A stretch of DNA of 45,220 bases from Octopus bimaculoides. Lineage: Eukaryota. The DNA lies in contig NC_068981.1 of NCBI RefSeq assembly GCF_001194135.2, forward strand, positions 121,802,588 to 121,847,807, in the 5' to 3' direction. Shown piece after piece: positions 1-12,458 of this stretch. A model generated the notes under the pieces. The model ran no database searches. It was not told where the DNA came from and saw nothing but the letters and a program-made list of their open reading frames with translations. Position 1 is the first letter of the stretch. Each line of letters begins with the position of its first letter. The position numbers and the translations under genes are program-made.

Positions 1-1
1 A

Positions 2-202
2 GACCTGGAAATAGAGATAACTCGAATGTGGAATCTAAAAACAGAAACAATTCCTATCATAGTAGGTGCCTTAGGTATAATAAAAAAATATTCAGACAAA
101 TACATAACAAAAATAGCAGGACTTACAAATATATATAACATACAGAAAATTGCACTACTGGGTACTGCACACATTCTACGCAAAACACTTTCAATACAGT
201 AA
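2..202 (+). CDS. Partial ORF: C-terminal 66 aa of the R4/Dong retrotransposon protein, uninterrupted within the window
   Basis: Manual translation shows no stop from base 2 to TAA at 200-202. Absent from the ORF track because the start lies upstream of the window. Confidence 0.75.
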   Translation, partial: DLEIEITRMWNLKTETIPIIVGALGIIKKYSDKYITKIAGLTNIYNIQKIALLGTAHILRKTLSIQ

Positions 203-296
203 ACATAAGAGCACCACAGCAAACCACAGCACATACCCAAGGCGCACAGAGCTGCGCTCGGTAGTGAAGTGAAAGCACGTTATAAAAATAAAACTA

Positions 297-331
<35 letters not shown>

Positions 332-337
332 TAATAA
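297..337. repeat. (TAA)n microsatellite, tail/target of the Dong element
   Basis: Direct reading: ataataataa... with one C interruption. Confidence 0.95.
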
Positions 338-452
338 ATTTTCCCAAGACACCTGATGAAAGCTGGAGGGTATATTAGCCGAAACGTTGTGTTAACAACA
401 AACAAATATCCGTCAAATGTAAATAATGTAAATAATGTACATAATTCCTCAA
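335..452 (+). mobile_element. Truncated copy of HHR-bearing Penelope-like repeat family A (sister of 28256-28421)
   Basis: aaattttcccaagacacctgatgaaagctggagggtatattagccgaaacgttgtgttaacaacaaacaaatatccgtcaaatgtaaataatg...aattcctc aligns nearly base for base with 28279-28405, apart from a short deletion. Confidence 0.85.
348..393 (+). ncRNA. Minimal type I hammerhead ribozyme motif (family A)
   Basis: GACAC-CUGAUGA(353-359)-A-AGCUG..loop..UAGCC-GAAAC(381-385)-GUU-GUGUU. Helix I is GACAC/GUGUU; helix III is the palindrome AACGUU. Helix II has mismatches relative to the 28.3-kb copy. Confidence 0.65.
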
Positions 453-454
453 AT

Positions 455-1195
455 TCATCTTATGCCTAAATTCTCTCTCAGAAAACTGACACTGTTGAAC
501 ATATACACTTACTTTAAACATCCAGGGAAACATACTAGCCTCATTCCTTTCTAACCTTCGCATGTAGAATTGCTGTCTGTGCACCATACAATCTTCCTTC
601 CAGTCGGAGAGAGAAAACATTAGTGGCCAGCAGAAATTACAGCTCTCTCAATTTCCTCCATTCCGTTCTTATTCTAGCTATCACACTCTCCGTGCATCCT
701 TCCCCACAACTAATTTGATCCCCTTGGTAGTAGAAATTATCTACGACCTCTAATGAGCCACCAGGGCATTTGAATGAATCAATTTGCCGAGTTTCTAAAG
801 TTTGTAATGATCTTGTGCATCTTACATGTATGAAACCTCTCTTCTGTGATAATCTTCCATTTAACCCACTGCACCTCGTGTGTGTCCATAGCTTGGGCTG
901 GATACAGCACATGGAGTTCCTGTCTACCCCTTTTCTACAAATCGAACAGTAGTGTCCTGTCAGTTTTCTTATTTTCTAGATCATTCGTCTTGCATATACC
1001 ATTAGATTTCAGGCTTTGCTTCCGTGTCTGGAATTTTTCCTCCGGTTCTGATATAGAATCTACTATAAGGGCAAGATCATCAGCATATAGTAGTTCTCAG
1101 TGTCTTCCAGTTTTCAGTTTTTTTGTTATGGCCTGGAGGACAATGTTGAAAAGTACGGGACTAAGGCCTGAGCCTTGAGGAACCCATACCAGTGC
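455..1195 (-). mobile_element. Decayed RTE-type LINE reverse transcriptase fragment with a PHD-like Cys insert
   Basis: Minus strand gives VPQGSGLSPVLFNIVLQAIT...ELLYADDLAL (RT motifs including YADD), then C..C/C..C..W.H..CSGL, then ARIRTEWRKLREL and RRLERNEASMFPWM. In-frame stops and frameshifts are present. Confidence 0.85.
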
Positions 1196-2699
1196 ACAAA
1201 ATTCTTCACTGTACTCATGATTATATTTTCGTCGTGGGTTACGACTTTAAATTGGTTGATGAATAGTATTTTCTGTGTAACATATATAGAATAGTTCATA
1301 TCTAAAAGACATAAATAACCAAACCCTATATGCAATTAGCAATGCTGCAAATGACATAGGAATGATGAAGCCATATTTAAATTTTGATAAACTAACTTGA
1401 TACTACTTGTGTTCTAAATACTACAGCATAATAACACAAAGCAGAGAATATCACATTTCAGATTAAATATTTAGAAGGAAAACGATAAAAAACATAACAT
1501 TATTTAGTACCAGTTAATTTTGAACATGATCTGTCAGATAATTTCGAAAAAAAGTGAGTAACTGTTTGATGAACGTAAAAGAAGTGACTAACCTGTGGTT
1601 TGCATTATAGGTAACGTGAATATAGCAATAATGAGTGAACATAGTTGAATATCCTTAGATGTAAATTTCGAAATTAAAATGATAATCTTTACTGTATTAG
1701 TTGCAGGATGATTTCAGATAGTGTCAGTTATGTCTGTGCCAATAAATATATCTATCGCAATATTGACCTGACTTAATAAAAGATAATATAAACACGAAAC
1801 GTGTCAATAGGGCGTTTCTACTTGTACGCTTTTAATGTTTTTATATCGTATCCTTGATGTTATTTATAGCTCACCTCATTTTTTTACAAAATCATTTACG
1901 TGTGCGTATGTCTATTTCTAAATCATTTCTATTACAATTAATATGATTTATATGGAATGTATAATATTCGGTCGTGTTCTTTATGATGACATTTATTATT
2001 TCATATTGTGTAACAATTAAAATACATTATAATATCTGCATTGAAATACAATATCATTCTTTTTATTTAGTAAATTTCGATATGCCCTTAAAATCCCAAA
2101 ATTTTTCTTCTGTACATAAATAACAGTTCTTCCTATCTCCCTGTAGTGTTTGGATGAATAATTAATACACTATTGAATATTAGATTTTAGATCAAAATTG
2201 CTACTGACTCCGTATCATAGGTACGTTCATTATATGTCCTTACTGTACATTTATACCCAATATTTTACGTAGATATCTTCTGTTTAAAGGGCAAATAGCA
2301 GCAGCAGTACATTTACACCCGTTCATATCTTTGCTAATACATTGCTGATAACGTATTTCGTTATTAGGAATTTCTGCGAAATGCATAAGGATCAGATAGT
2401 TTTGAGCAATATTAATAACATTTTCAATATGTGTGTTATTATTACCACCAGCGAAAAAGTGCTATTATTTCCTTAATGAAGTTGGTTCATTGACACTATA
2501 ATAGATTACCTTATAGTAGAACCAAAGGGTACACCATCCCTTTTATTTATGTTTATAATTCCTAATAAGAAATTTGGATGTATTCTATTACTCAATCTTC
2601 TGTTCTCATTAAGTTTACCTCAGTTAGATTCAGTTACGACAGTGTTGCAGTGTAGTAGTGTAGGAGTTAAAGATCAAGTATAAATTATCATTTCAAGCT

Positions 2700-2850
2700 C
2701 GAAGATTAAATGACGCTGCGATAAACTTAACTATTCATCCTTTTGTTATAGATAGAATAAAATACCAGGTATTTAATGGTGTCGATGCTATGCACTTTTC
2801 TTGTCCCATCAATCTTGCTGGCATTGTGACTAAATGCAAAATCTTTATTA
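2700..2850 (+). mobile_element. Old, highly diverged copy of the main tRNA-derived SINE family
   Basis: ttcatccttttg...gatagaataaaataccagg...ggtgtcgat...ttgctggcattgtgactaaatgcaaaatctttatt resembles the core and tail of the copies at 15975, 30763 and 42624. Confidence 0.5.
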
Positions 2851-3206
2851 AGAGAGGTAAATTAGCAGATTATTTAATATCGGAGAATTGAATTTAGAGA
2901 AATATGCTTATAATAGTCCAGAAATTTGAAAGTGAGCTGTAGTAAATAAATTTCGGACATAAAATCTGGTTTCTTTTAAATGGGATTCATATAAAATGGT
3001 GTTATAAAATAATCTTTTTCAAACAGACTGTTCGATTAGTATATAAAATTTATTGAAACCAAACTAGAAAGCATTAATAGGAGTTATAAATCATTATATA
3101 GATGTAAGATAAAAATTTAAAGAGGTAGCTATAAACAGGCTCACAGGCATCTATCTCTCTCGCAACACATATACAGTCAGAAACATCATGTCNNNNNNNN
3201 NNNNNN

Positions 3207-3244
<38 letters not shown>

Positions 3245-4091
3245 CATATTTATATGTATATAAACAATATACATATATATATATCAATATATAAATGTAT
3301 GTGCATAAATACACGCGTGCTCATGCAAACACACGCATACATGCGCTTAACGTATATAGATACACAGGTCTCGATGAACATATTAAGTAATACATACCTA
3401 CATGCACAAGGACGTAAGTCTATTTAAACATTGTGTACATATATGTTAATATATCAAAATTCTATTTCTTACAAGATTCAAAACTTTTTTTATTAATCTC
3501 TCTAAACAAAATATCAAAGTTACATAATTGGATGAAAATCTAGATACACTAAAAGTTGGATGATGAATGTTAGAAGAGAAAGATCCAATTTCATATAAGT
3601 TGTTAGAACTAATTATAAAAAAAAATAATATAAAACAGTATTCCGTAATCATTATGTATATTTAAAAAAAGCATGTGTAAAATAGTGTTATAGTAGTTTT
3701 TTTAATATGATACTCTACTATGTTAATCCTAACGTATTTTAATAATTATCTTAAAAGCTTTGAGAAATTCAAGAATATTGCTGAGCTGTTACACAACAGT
3801 TTCTATCAGAATGTTGATATAAATAAAAATAAAAAAAAATCACGTATATTTTTTCTTGTATTTTCTTAAATTTCAGTTAGCTTCAAAGAGTTGTAAGCGA
3901 CAGATAGGAATATAATATTGTAAATTAAATTTCTTACTTATTATGGAATATAAATATATAATCGTAATTTACACAGTTCTTTTTTGATATTTTCTGAACG
4001 TTTGCAGTCATATATTGGTGATTTAATGTATCACACATATTCTACAAAATTTAGAACATTTAAGAATATCGTTCTCTTTCTCTACGGTGAC

Positions 4092-4126
<35 letters not shown>
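4092..4126. repeat. (AGT)n microsatellite
   Basis: Direct reading. Confidence 0.95.
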
Positions 4127-4384
4127 ATGTGCTGGTGGCAGTTGTAGCGGTGGTAGTAGTGGAAGTAGTTGTATGGTGTATGTTGTGTAACACTCATTCA
4201 CTGCGTCCACCATTTGTTGGTTCTTAACTACTCCCAACGAACGACACCTGTGCACCACTCAGGTGATAACTCTCCATACCATAGGTCTGTTTGGGTAGTC
4301 GTTACTAGTGAATATCTTACGTGGAAGGAGTTCCAATCTGACCTCAATATGAATCAGTCGCCTTTTACAAGGCGTAGAGGAAAC

Positions 4385-4606
4385 ATACGTACACACATCA
4401 CACACAAAAATACACACCACACAAACCACACACAAGCACACACACAGAGCACAAACACACATATACACACGAAACACACTCGCGAATACACACCATACAC
4501 ACCATACACACAAACATTCACCACCATACACAACCACACATCACACTCACATACCCGCCATACAAATATATACCATACACACCAGACATATGCGCACACA
4601 CTACAC

Positions 4607-4646
<40 letters not shown>

Positions 4647-5850
4647 ACACAGAAATACACACTACACACACTACACACACCAAACACGGACACACACACA
4701 CACTCGCACATACACCACAAATACCCCACTCCACACAACATACACACACGCACAAACATGAACGCACTGCAAACGCACACACATACGCAGACACAAATAC
4801 ACACCACACAGGCACACACACGTAGACACACATACCACACACACCACATACAAGCATACACACACATACAAGCATACACACACATACAAGCATACACACA
4901 CATACACGCACGAATACACACTCACACCACATACACACACATCACACACACACAACATACACGTATACACACACATCCACAGAAATACACACCACACACA
5001 CGCCACACACATGCACACGCACAGCGCACACACACACAACACATACGCACGCACCCACACAAATACACAGTGCACACTCATACGCACACACATACAAGCA
5101 CACATACACACACACACAACATACACGCAAATGTACACTACACACTCACACACATGCAGCCACATATGCACCAATCACACGCACCATACAGAAGCATACA
5201 CATGCACACAACCACGCACACACCACATACACGCATACACACAAACATACACACAACACACACCATACACACAACATACAGACGCAAAACAAACACACAC
5301 AATACACAGCGCACACACCACACGTACGCACACACAAATACACACCACACACACACACGCAGCCACATATGCACCAACCACACGCACACCATACAGAGAC
5401 ATATACATGCACACAACAGATACTCATACTCACCCACCACACGCACACACGCATACATGCACACAGAGAAACACACGCATGCACATTCCCAACACACACG
5501 CACCCACATATACACACACATACAAATGCACATCACCCACACAGGCATACCACGTACACACATACCACACACATCCATACACATGGCGGCGAGCTGGCAG
5601 AAACGTTTGCACGCCGGGCGAAATGCTTAGCGGTATTTCGTCTGCTGCTACGTTCTGAGTTGAAATTCCGCCGAGGTCGACTTTGCCTTTCGTCCTTTCG
5701 GGCTCGATTAAATAAGTACCAGTTACGCACTGGGGCCGGTATAATCGACTTAATCCGTTTGTCTGTCCTTGTTGTTTGTCCCCTCTGTGTGTAGCCCCTT
5801 GTGGGTAGTAAAGAAATAACACACATCCATACACATACGCACACCACACA
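4385..5850. repeat. ~1.45-kb degenerate (CA)-rich low-complexity tract with internal tandem units, interrupted by a SINE
   Basis: Near-continuous acacacat/acgcac pattern. Contains an 18-bp unit catacaagcatacacaca x3 at ~4846-4900 and a ~60-bp direct repeat (gcagccacatatgcaccaa...) at ~5156 and ~5359. Confidence 0.95.
5585..5818 (+). mobile_element. Full-length tRNA-derived SINE (main family) with 18-bp TSD
   Basis: Head ggcggcgagctggcagaaacg; B-box-like gagttgaaattcc; core cgactttgcctttcgtcctttcgggctcgattaaataagtaccag. TSD acacacatccatacacat at 5567-5584 and 5819-5836. Confidence 0.9.
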
Positions 5851-5979
5851 TGCAAAATTTCTTTCAAATATTAAATGTTAACCACTTTATACCTGTTATG
5901 AGTTGTTCTATATATCAATTATCTAGGTATGAGTTGTCCGTGTATCACTTGCCCTAGAATCACCAGTTCCGATACTGCA

Positions 5980-6102
5980 TTAGAACAATTTGAAATGAAG
6001 TGTTTTGCTCCAAGTGTACAACACGCCTCCATTTCTGGGAATAGAACTCACGATTTAGCGGTCGTAAGTGCAACACTCTAACCACAAAGCCACGTGCCTT
6101 CA
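5980..6102 (-). mobile_element. tRNA-head fragment of a second SINE family
   Basis: Reverse complement: tgaaggcacgtggctttgtggttagagtgttgc...gtgagttctattcccag...ttggagcaaaacacttcatttc (A box, B box, post-head motif). Confidence 0.7.
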
Positions 6103-7096
6103 TTGTTATATGGTAGGTTCTAATAAATATAAGATCTTTGTTTTCATTTCAGGTGATCTAAAACTATTGTCATTCATTTACATAGTAAGTCGTGCGCAGG
6201 AAGAATAAACTTCTAAAAAATTTCATGAGGAATTAAGTGGGGGAAAAAAAAAAAAAAATCAGAATTCTAGATTTATTTATATTTTCATTTTTTTTTTCTA
6301 TTTGCCAAACATTTACATGTTTGATTCTGGGCTGTGGCTTTTACGAAATATATTATGAAAAGTAAATAATGGCAAGACGGAACTGAAAAATCAAAGAAGT
6401 CCCTCTGTTCCTTCAGGCATTGCAAACTGAAAAAAAAAGAAAAAAAAAGGCAGTAGTTATATAAGCGAAATCTTGGAAATACCGTGATTTCTTATGGATA
6501 ATTAGTGAAATTGAGAGAAAATAAGTCGAATTTTTTTCTTTCGCATGTAATAATAATTCCACAATCATTGATCCTTACCTGAATATTAAGTTTGACTACA
6601 TATATCCCGAAACCGAATGTTTAGAACGCAAAAATATGCACTGTTCCTGCCTCAACAAGTGAAAGAGTACATACAATAAAAGAAGACCGCAAACAAAATA
6701 CAACTTTTGGTATAAAAGTGGATTGTCCGAATTATGATGGATGATGTATTTATAGTATCCGAAAGTTTAGAATGTTCTTTCTCTTTGATATATTTGAAAT
6801 ATTCCTGCTTGAGCTTCCAATGTCTTCCGTAATTTATGGAAAATATCTTGCTGACGTTTTTTTAAATTGCTGCGTTCTACAAAAATTACTGAGGAGAGGC
6901 CGATTCATGTCTGCAAAAAATAGGAGAAAACAGTTTGATCCCCACTATGTGCTTACTTAACAAACTTAAAACACCCTATGAGCATGTCATTTTTCGGTTC
7001 TTTTCAGATGAGAAAAACATCAATCTAGATCAAGAGTCTAACGTGAGAAATAACAAATGTTAATATGCAGATCGTTTCGATATCTTCAGAGTGCCG

Positions 7097-7330
7097 CACA
7101 CTAAGTTTCCATCAAATGGAATGGCTTTAGGAGAGGCGAGCATGTAAAGTCATATCATGACACCTCACATCTTTCTACGGGGTCTTAGAATTTTGCTGGT
7201 GGACGAGGTGAGGCATTTGAGACAGCTATTAAGCTCTGCTTGCATGAAGTAATAAGTGAAAGATCATTCATTTTCAACAAGACTCAGCCATTCTCCCCAA
7301 AATCACGTAAATGAACGTCAAACAATCCCT
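7097..7330 (+). mobile_element. Decayed maT/Bmmar1-like (DD37D) Tc1/mariner transposase fragment
   Basis: Translation across frameshifts: HTKFPSNGMALGEASM*SHIMTPHIFLRGLRI..EAFETAIKLCLHEVISERSFIF/QQDSA. This parallels the TKFPASVMVLG..S.EG.VMPP.FF..GLR.N...Y..VL...VKPW...YVFQQDSAP pattern. Confidence 0.7.
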
Positions 7331-8199
7331 TACAATCAACCAATAGCAAACTACACCTAGCCTCTTATCAATGGTTGTACAACTTAATACGAAGATTAAT
7401 GAAAAATTTAAGGAGTTACTTTCCACAGAATGAACACGTCCTGAAGTGGCGTAATGAGAATTACTTGAAGAATTATGGACGGAAGCTATGTTTAGAATGG
7501 AGAGAGAGTACGAGAGAGAGAGAGAGAGGTGGAGGAGAGAGAGAGGGGGAGGGGAGAGAGAAAGAGGGATAGATAATGATAGTGATCACCCGGTTAATAT
7601 ATCCAACAAATATCAGTGTGAAAAGAATTACAGTTCTCTAGCTTAACTTAGTGTTAATATGTGTAAAACTCCATCTTTGTGTTGACATTCAAATAATAAT
7701 AACTGATTCAGCATCTTAGAGTTTCTTACGGTTTGATCTTTCTCATGACATATACACCGTGGGTCTGATGTGATGACATATGCTGATCCTCAGCTTGAAT
7801 TCACGGTAGCAAAAAAGTATATTGCTGACATAACTGTACATGCAAGTTAACAGAAAAATAAAATAAAAAAAATTACTAACAAAAGCATGTGAATTTACAG
7901 TGAAAAGAAATCAGTATTATAATAACAAAGGGAAGTATATATATAATACAGGAAAATAGAAATTAATTTTCAGTGCAGCACATCTCAGTGTTCAGTGCAC
8001 ACAGCTCAACTATTGTGATATGTGTTTTACTTCAATATAAAACAACTGATGTCTACAATAAATGAGTATCAAAATATATGAATTTTCGAGATTCATCTAA
8101 AAATGTTTTGCATCTAATCGACAATATGCCTTAGGCTAATGGGGGACATTGTGATTTACTTTAAAGTGTATTTTCATGTAAAACTGATGCTGCCAGCAA

Positions 8200-9685
8200 C
8201 AAACTGAGATAGAAGATATCCCCTATGGACTTTTTGTCCTCGCCCACTTTTACAGCTTAATCGACTCGGACATCGTGAGAACTACTCATTTTTCTTTGAC
8301 CTTGAGGCAGCATTGGCAGTAGCTGTTGACAGTGCCTCGAGCTTATTGTCTTCCAAAATCATTCGACATCCATCTTGTTCCTCAGTGCTCCATTGAGACT
8401 TTGACAACTTTGATGTGTTGTTTGTCAATGATCTGTATGGAGCTGGAAGTGTCCATCGAGAGCATGGGATTATGCTTCAGATGTTCAATCCAGATCAAGG
8501 TGGAAATATTGGAGGAACTCAGCCAGCTATGCAGAGCACAAGAACTGGGAAGAGATCACTGAAATTAGTGCCCGAGCAAACTCTTCCAGAGTGTTACATA
8601 GGAAGACGCGAGTATCCACGATTTGAGGTAGTCAACAAGTTGATTGATGATGATGAGAGAGTAATTGCGAGTGAGTGCAGGGGAATCTTCTCTGGATTAT
8701 CGTTCGTCTGCACAGTGCTGTTAGAAAGCGGAGAGTGCCCGGCTGGGGATGATACGGTTCACTGACTAGAGACGCTCCTGTACAACAGACTACCATTGAG
8801 TATTATCCGGTCATATCTCACTTAATCACAGATATCAGAGTCGCACAGGAATGGCTAAAGTACTCAGAAGAAGCTTCACGAGAAGTTGGACAGCATTTTG
8901 TCATCATTACATTTTGTCATCACTATTAGCGTTTGCGCTAGTATGGAGCAACACACGCTGGTATGAGGGCATGAGGACCACATCATCATAGCCTGTGGCT
9001 ATCTGAAGATGTTGGGGAAAAAGATGGGTGGAATGGGTTTCTCTGAAATCTTACCGGTCTTACGACATCTGGGACTTTGATGGGTGTCATTTCCGCCAAG
9101 AACTATGCATGCTCACTTAACTGCCATAAAGTTCTGATGGAAGCCCTTGAGAGATTTGTGCTGGTTTGTTTTCTGCAAAATGGGAATGAATAAGTTCCCT
9201 TTGGAAAACTGCCGAAGTTTTCCAGGGTTTGGATTGAGAGACTCGCAACATCTCTCAGCAAGGTGACTGAAAAGGCAGCATGGAATGATCAGGAAATTTG
9301 TTCATACATTGAAGAATAGCTCCATTTCCGTGAGAGAATTCGCTCAGACGAACAGGGAAAGGCTGCTGCCAGCTTGATCATATCGATACAGTGCAGCGTG
9401 TTGCCCTTTCCAGTTTCAAACAGAATTGAACATCCCAGATGATGGAAACTTGTTTAATCTACTATATGGCGCTTCGGCTTCAGAAGAAGCTGCGAAGGCC
9501 GTCCTCACTGCTGAGACAGTTGGTAGGCTAGCAAAGGAAGACTTCGTAGAAAATAGACTAATGAAGAAGGATGGCTTCTTTTATCCTATTAAACGGCCAC
9601 ATTTGAAAAAACCATGGCACACACGCACAAGTCCGTGAAACTCTCAACTTCTCAAAACAAAGCAGCAGGGAAATATAGCGTTTCT
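8200..9685 (+). mobile_element. Decayed large DDE transposase relic, most similar to Academ-type transposases
   Basis: Blocks in expected order: LNRLGHRENYSFFFDLEAALA; DFDNFD..VNDLYGAGSVHREHGIMLQ; PGW..GSLT...TTIEYYPVISHLITDIRVAQEWLKYSEEASREVGQHFVIITF; YLKMLGKKMGGMGFSEIL; GTLMGVISAKNYACSLNCHKVLMEALERF; EDFVENRL....FFYPIKRPHLK; KQQGNIAF. Many stops, frameshifts and internal deletions. Superfamily assignment is from recalled motif patterns, not a search. Confidence 0.65.
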
Positions 9686-11395
9686 TTCATTGACCTCATT
9701 CCATTCATTAGTAGTTTTTAATACCCTTCCTTAGGTAGGAAATGATAGTGTATCACAATGCATTCACTTCTCTAACAGTTAGACTAAAGTATTTATAATC
9801 CTAATTTGCATTTCGCCTAAAATTATGTTTGTACATTTACAGGGTTCTGTTTATTGCTCTGTAGCCATGCTGGATTACTATTTGTCGAACTACTAGCTTA
9901 CAGAATCTGAAGGGGCTTAACACAAGCAACAGTTTTGATAAGGGAATAAACATATACATAAATAAACACACAAATACACACACACACGCATAGTTGCCTC
10001 CTCTCTCTCTCTCACACACAAATGCATAGAAACACGTTTACACTCACAAGATATGTCGCTACAGAGATTTTGGCTCCTCTTTTCCATCATTGATAAAATT
10101 GAAGCTTTTGCAGAAAACGCATAACTAAAAGGTTATACAGTACAAACAAATATAGAATCGTGTAGCTCTGGTATAAACATCTCAACCACATAAAGATGCA
10201 AGCAAATCAGCTTTGATATTAGTAATTATATTAAGATTCCACTATTAGAAAGATACTTTTCAGGTATACCTGCTTCAGGCTCTACAACTTTTAGTGAAAA
10301 TGATTTTTTCTTCTGTCAATTAGCTTTTAACTATCAATGAACCCGGTATTTGCCTGTTGCAAAGCGCATTGATGATTCCCTATAACACTACCCTAGCTCC
10401 TTCTCTAGGTAATGATGTACCATTGTACTTAGTGAACATTTAAATAGAAATAATAGAACAATACGCTACAATTGATTTTGAATCCCACAAAGATTTATAA
10501 GCCTTTGATCATTTCATGCTCGATAAAATAAAATACACATAAGTACTAGAATTGATATAATTAACTATATTCTTTTCCTCTATTTCTGGTCATACATACA
10601 CATACATTAGTTTTGGATAGAATCTGAGAAGGATTATATTTCAGTTCCTACTAAAACGGAAGATTTTCAAATTTCCTACTATGTATAATGCACAAATGAA
10701 ATTGACTGGAATTATAAGCATGAATGTCGGAAAACTGATCAACGGAAACGCTGGTTTAATTTTATTTTTCTTGTGTTCTGCTCCACATATTGTATTATAT
10801 CACAAATTTACGAAATTTCCATGTAAATGTTTTTAACAATTTTTAATTCATCCTCTCGGAGTCGATATTGTACAGCACTCGTTGTGCTATTACAATATTT
10901 GTATACTTATCCGTGTCACCCCTAACGCTGTAGGAAGCCTCGTGTTTAACGTTTCTTTGTATTTACAGTATCTATATGCTCCTTGTGTTTCAGAAGTCGT
11001 ATAAGCGTATACACCAGTCTACTTGAATAATGGATATCCAAATACAATATCCTTATATATCTCACTTCTATTTTCATTCTCTTACTTACCTCAATATTTC
11101 ATATCTTCTCGACAATAATAAACATTTTCTTGCACCGTCTATGATGAAAGGATATATATAACATATCCCGGAAACATCTGCAAGAGCTTTTTCTCTATAA
11201 ATGTTCTGAAAACTATTTACAACCTTGTTTTTTTTTATCTCATTCTTATATATACATGCTAATAAATGACCCACGTTGGATTTCTCATTCGTATCATTAT
11301 CGAACCTGGAGCTTAACCACGGTCTATCCATAGCACTTACTTAGCATTACCTGACACTTTTTGGAGTCTTCGTAACACCAATATTTCTCAAACCC

Positions 11396-11399
<4 letters not shown>

Positions 11400-11438
<39 letters not shown>

Positions 11439-11468
11439 AAATATGTATATGTATATATAACATACATA

Positions 11469-11515
<47 letters not shown>

Positions 11516-11575
11516 ACACACACACGCATACACGCGCACGCACGCACACACACACACATACACACACATATATAC
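11400..11575. repeat. Compound (TA)n/(CA)n/(CG)n microsatellite
   Basis: Direct reading. Confidence 0.95.
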
Positions 11576-12094
11576 ATTACGGATACATGAAAATATTCTT
11601 TATAGTGTACGTCAACATTACTGTAAATGCTGATATCCATGGCTACAAATATCGATGTAGACATACAAATCCATACAAGTACAGCTAAAGTGCAGAAATT
11701 CTTATTTTTAGTTCTTATATGAAGTAAAATGCGAAAACAAACGAATTACAAGTAGCGTTTATTTCAGCCTCGATATGTATCTAAATACGCTCACACACAC
11801 AACTTCAAACAACAGAAGAATATACACTCATAAGCAAACGCATAGTTACATATAATTTTTTATGAAACCATATGTGTATGCATGCGTCTATATGTGCCTG
11901 AAAGTTTCTGCCTATGTACGTGCGCGCGTTCTTGTATCTGTGTGTCTGTGTACGTGTGCGTGTAAGCGTGTCATTGAAACCTGTATGAGGAATGTAAAGG
12001 AAGTGAAGTAATATATTAAAAATGTACGTGAGTAAAAATAAAATATTGCTATTTTGAAACAAATATGCATTACTACAGTTTACTTTCTCGTTCA

Positions 12095-12172
12095 TATGTG
12101 TGTGTATGCATATATATATATGTATATATAAGTTTATATATGTATTTGTATATATAAGTTTATATATGTATT

Positions 12173-12218
<46 letters not shown>

Positions 12219-12242
12219 CATACACACACACACACACACAAA

Positions 12243-12279
<37 letters not shown>

Positions 12280-12299
12280 AGTATATATATGTATATATA
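12095..12299. repeat. Compound (TA)n/(CA)n microsatellite abutting a Tc1 TIR
   Basis: Direct reading; ends in the TA immediately before CAGGGGTTGG. Confidence 0.95.
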
Positions 12300-12458
12300 C
12301 AGGGGTTGGACAAAATCATGGAAACACCTTCAAATGTTAAACAAATATATTTTAAAGTAGTTGTATGCTGTCAAATTTATGTGACAGTCCCCTGAAGGGA
12401 ATAATACTACTGTTGGTTAGACCCAGGAAGCTGCACCGCTTCCTGTTGGCCTTGACAC

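Larger units (their letters stand above)
1..337 (+). mobile_element. 3' end of an R4/Dong-clade non-LTR retrotransposon (restriction-like endonuclease C-terminus, 3' UTR, (TAA)n tail); runs off the window start
   Basis: Frame from base 2 reads DLEIEITRMWNLKTETIPIIVGALGIIKKYSDKYITKIAGLTNIYNIQKIALLGTAHILRKTLSIQ* (TAA at 200-202). This matches the L..EI.RMW...T..IP.I.GALG...Q K..LLGTA.ILR C-terminus of R4/Dong ORFs. A ~95-bp UTR and a TAA tract follow, as expected for Dong elements. Confidence 0.85.

Noticed and set aside
1075-1085. CTGATGA on the minus strand
   Set aside because: It is the coding sequence of the RT YADD motif (GCT GAT GAT).
4169-5867. Long His/Thr- and Cys/Val-rich ORFs (up to 346 aa) on both strands
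   Set aside because: They are translations of the CA/TG tract, open in nearly all frames because the repeat lacks stop codons.
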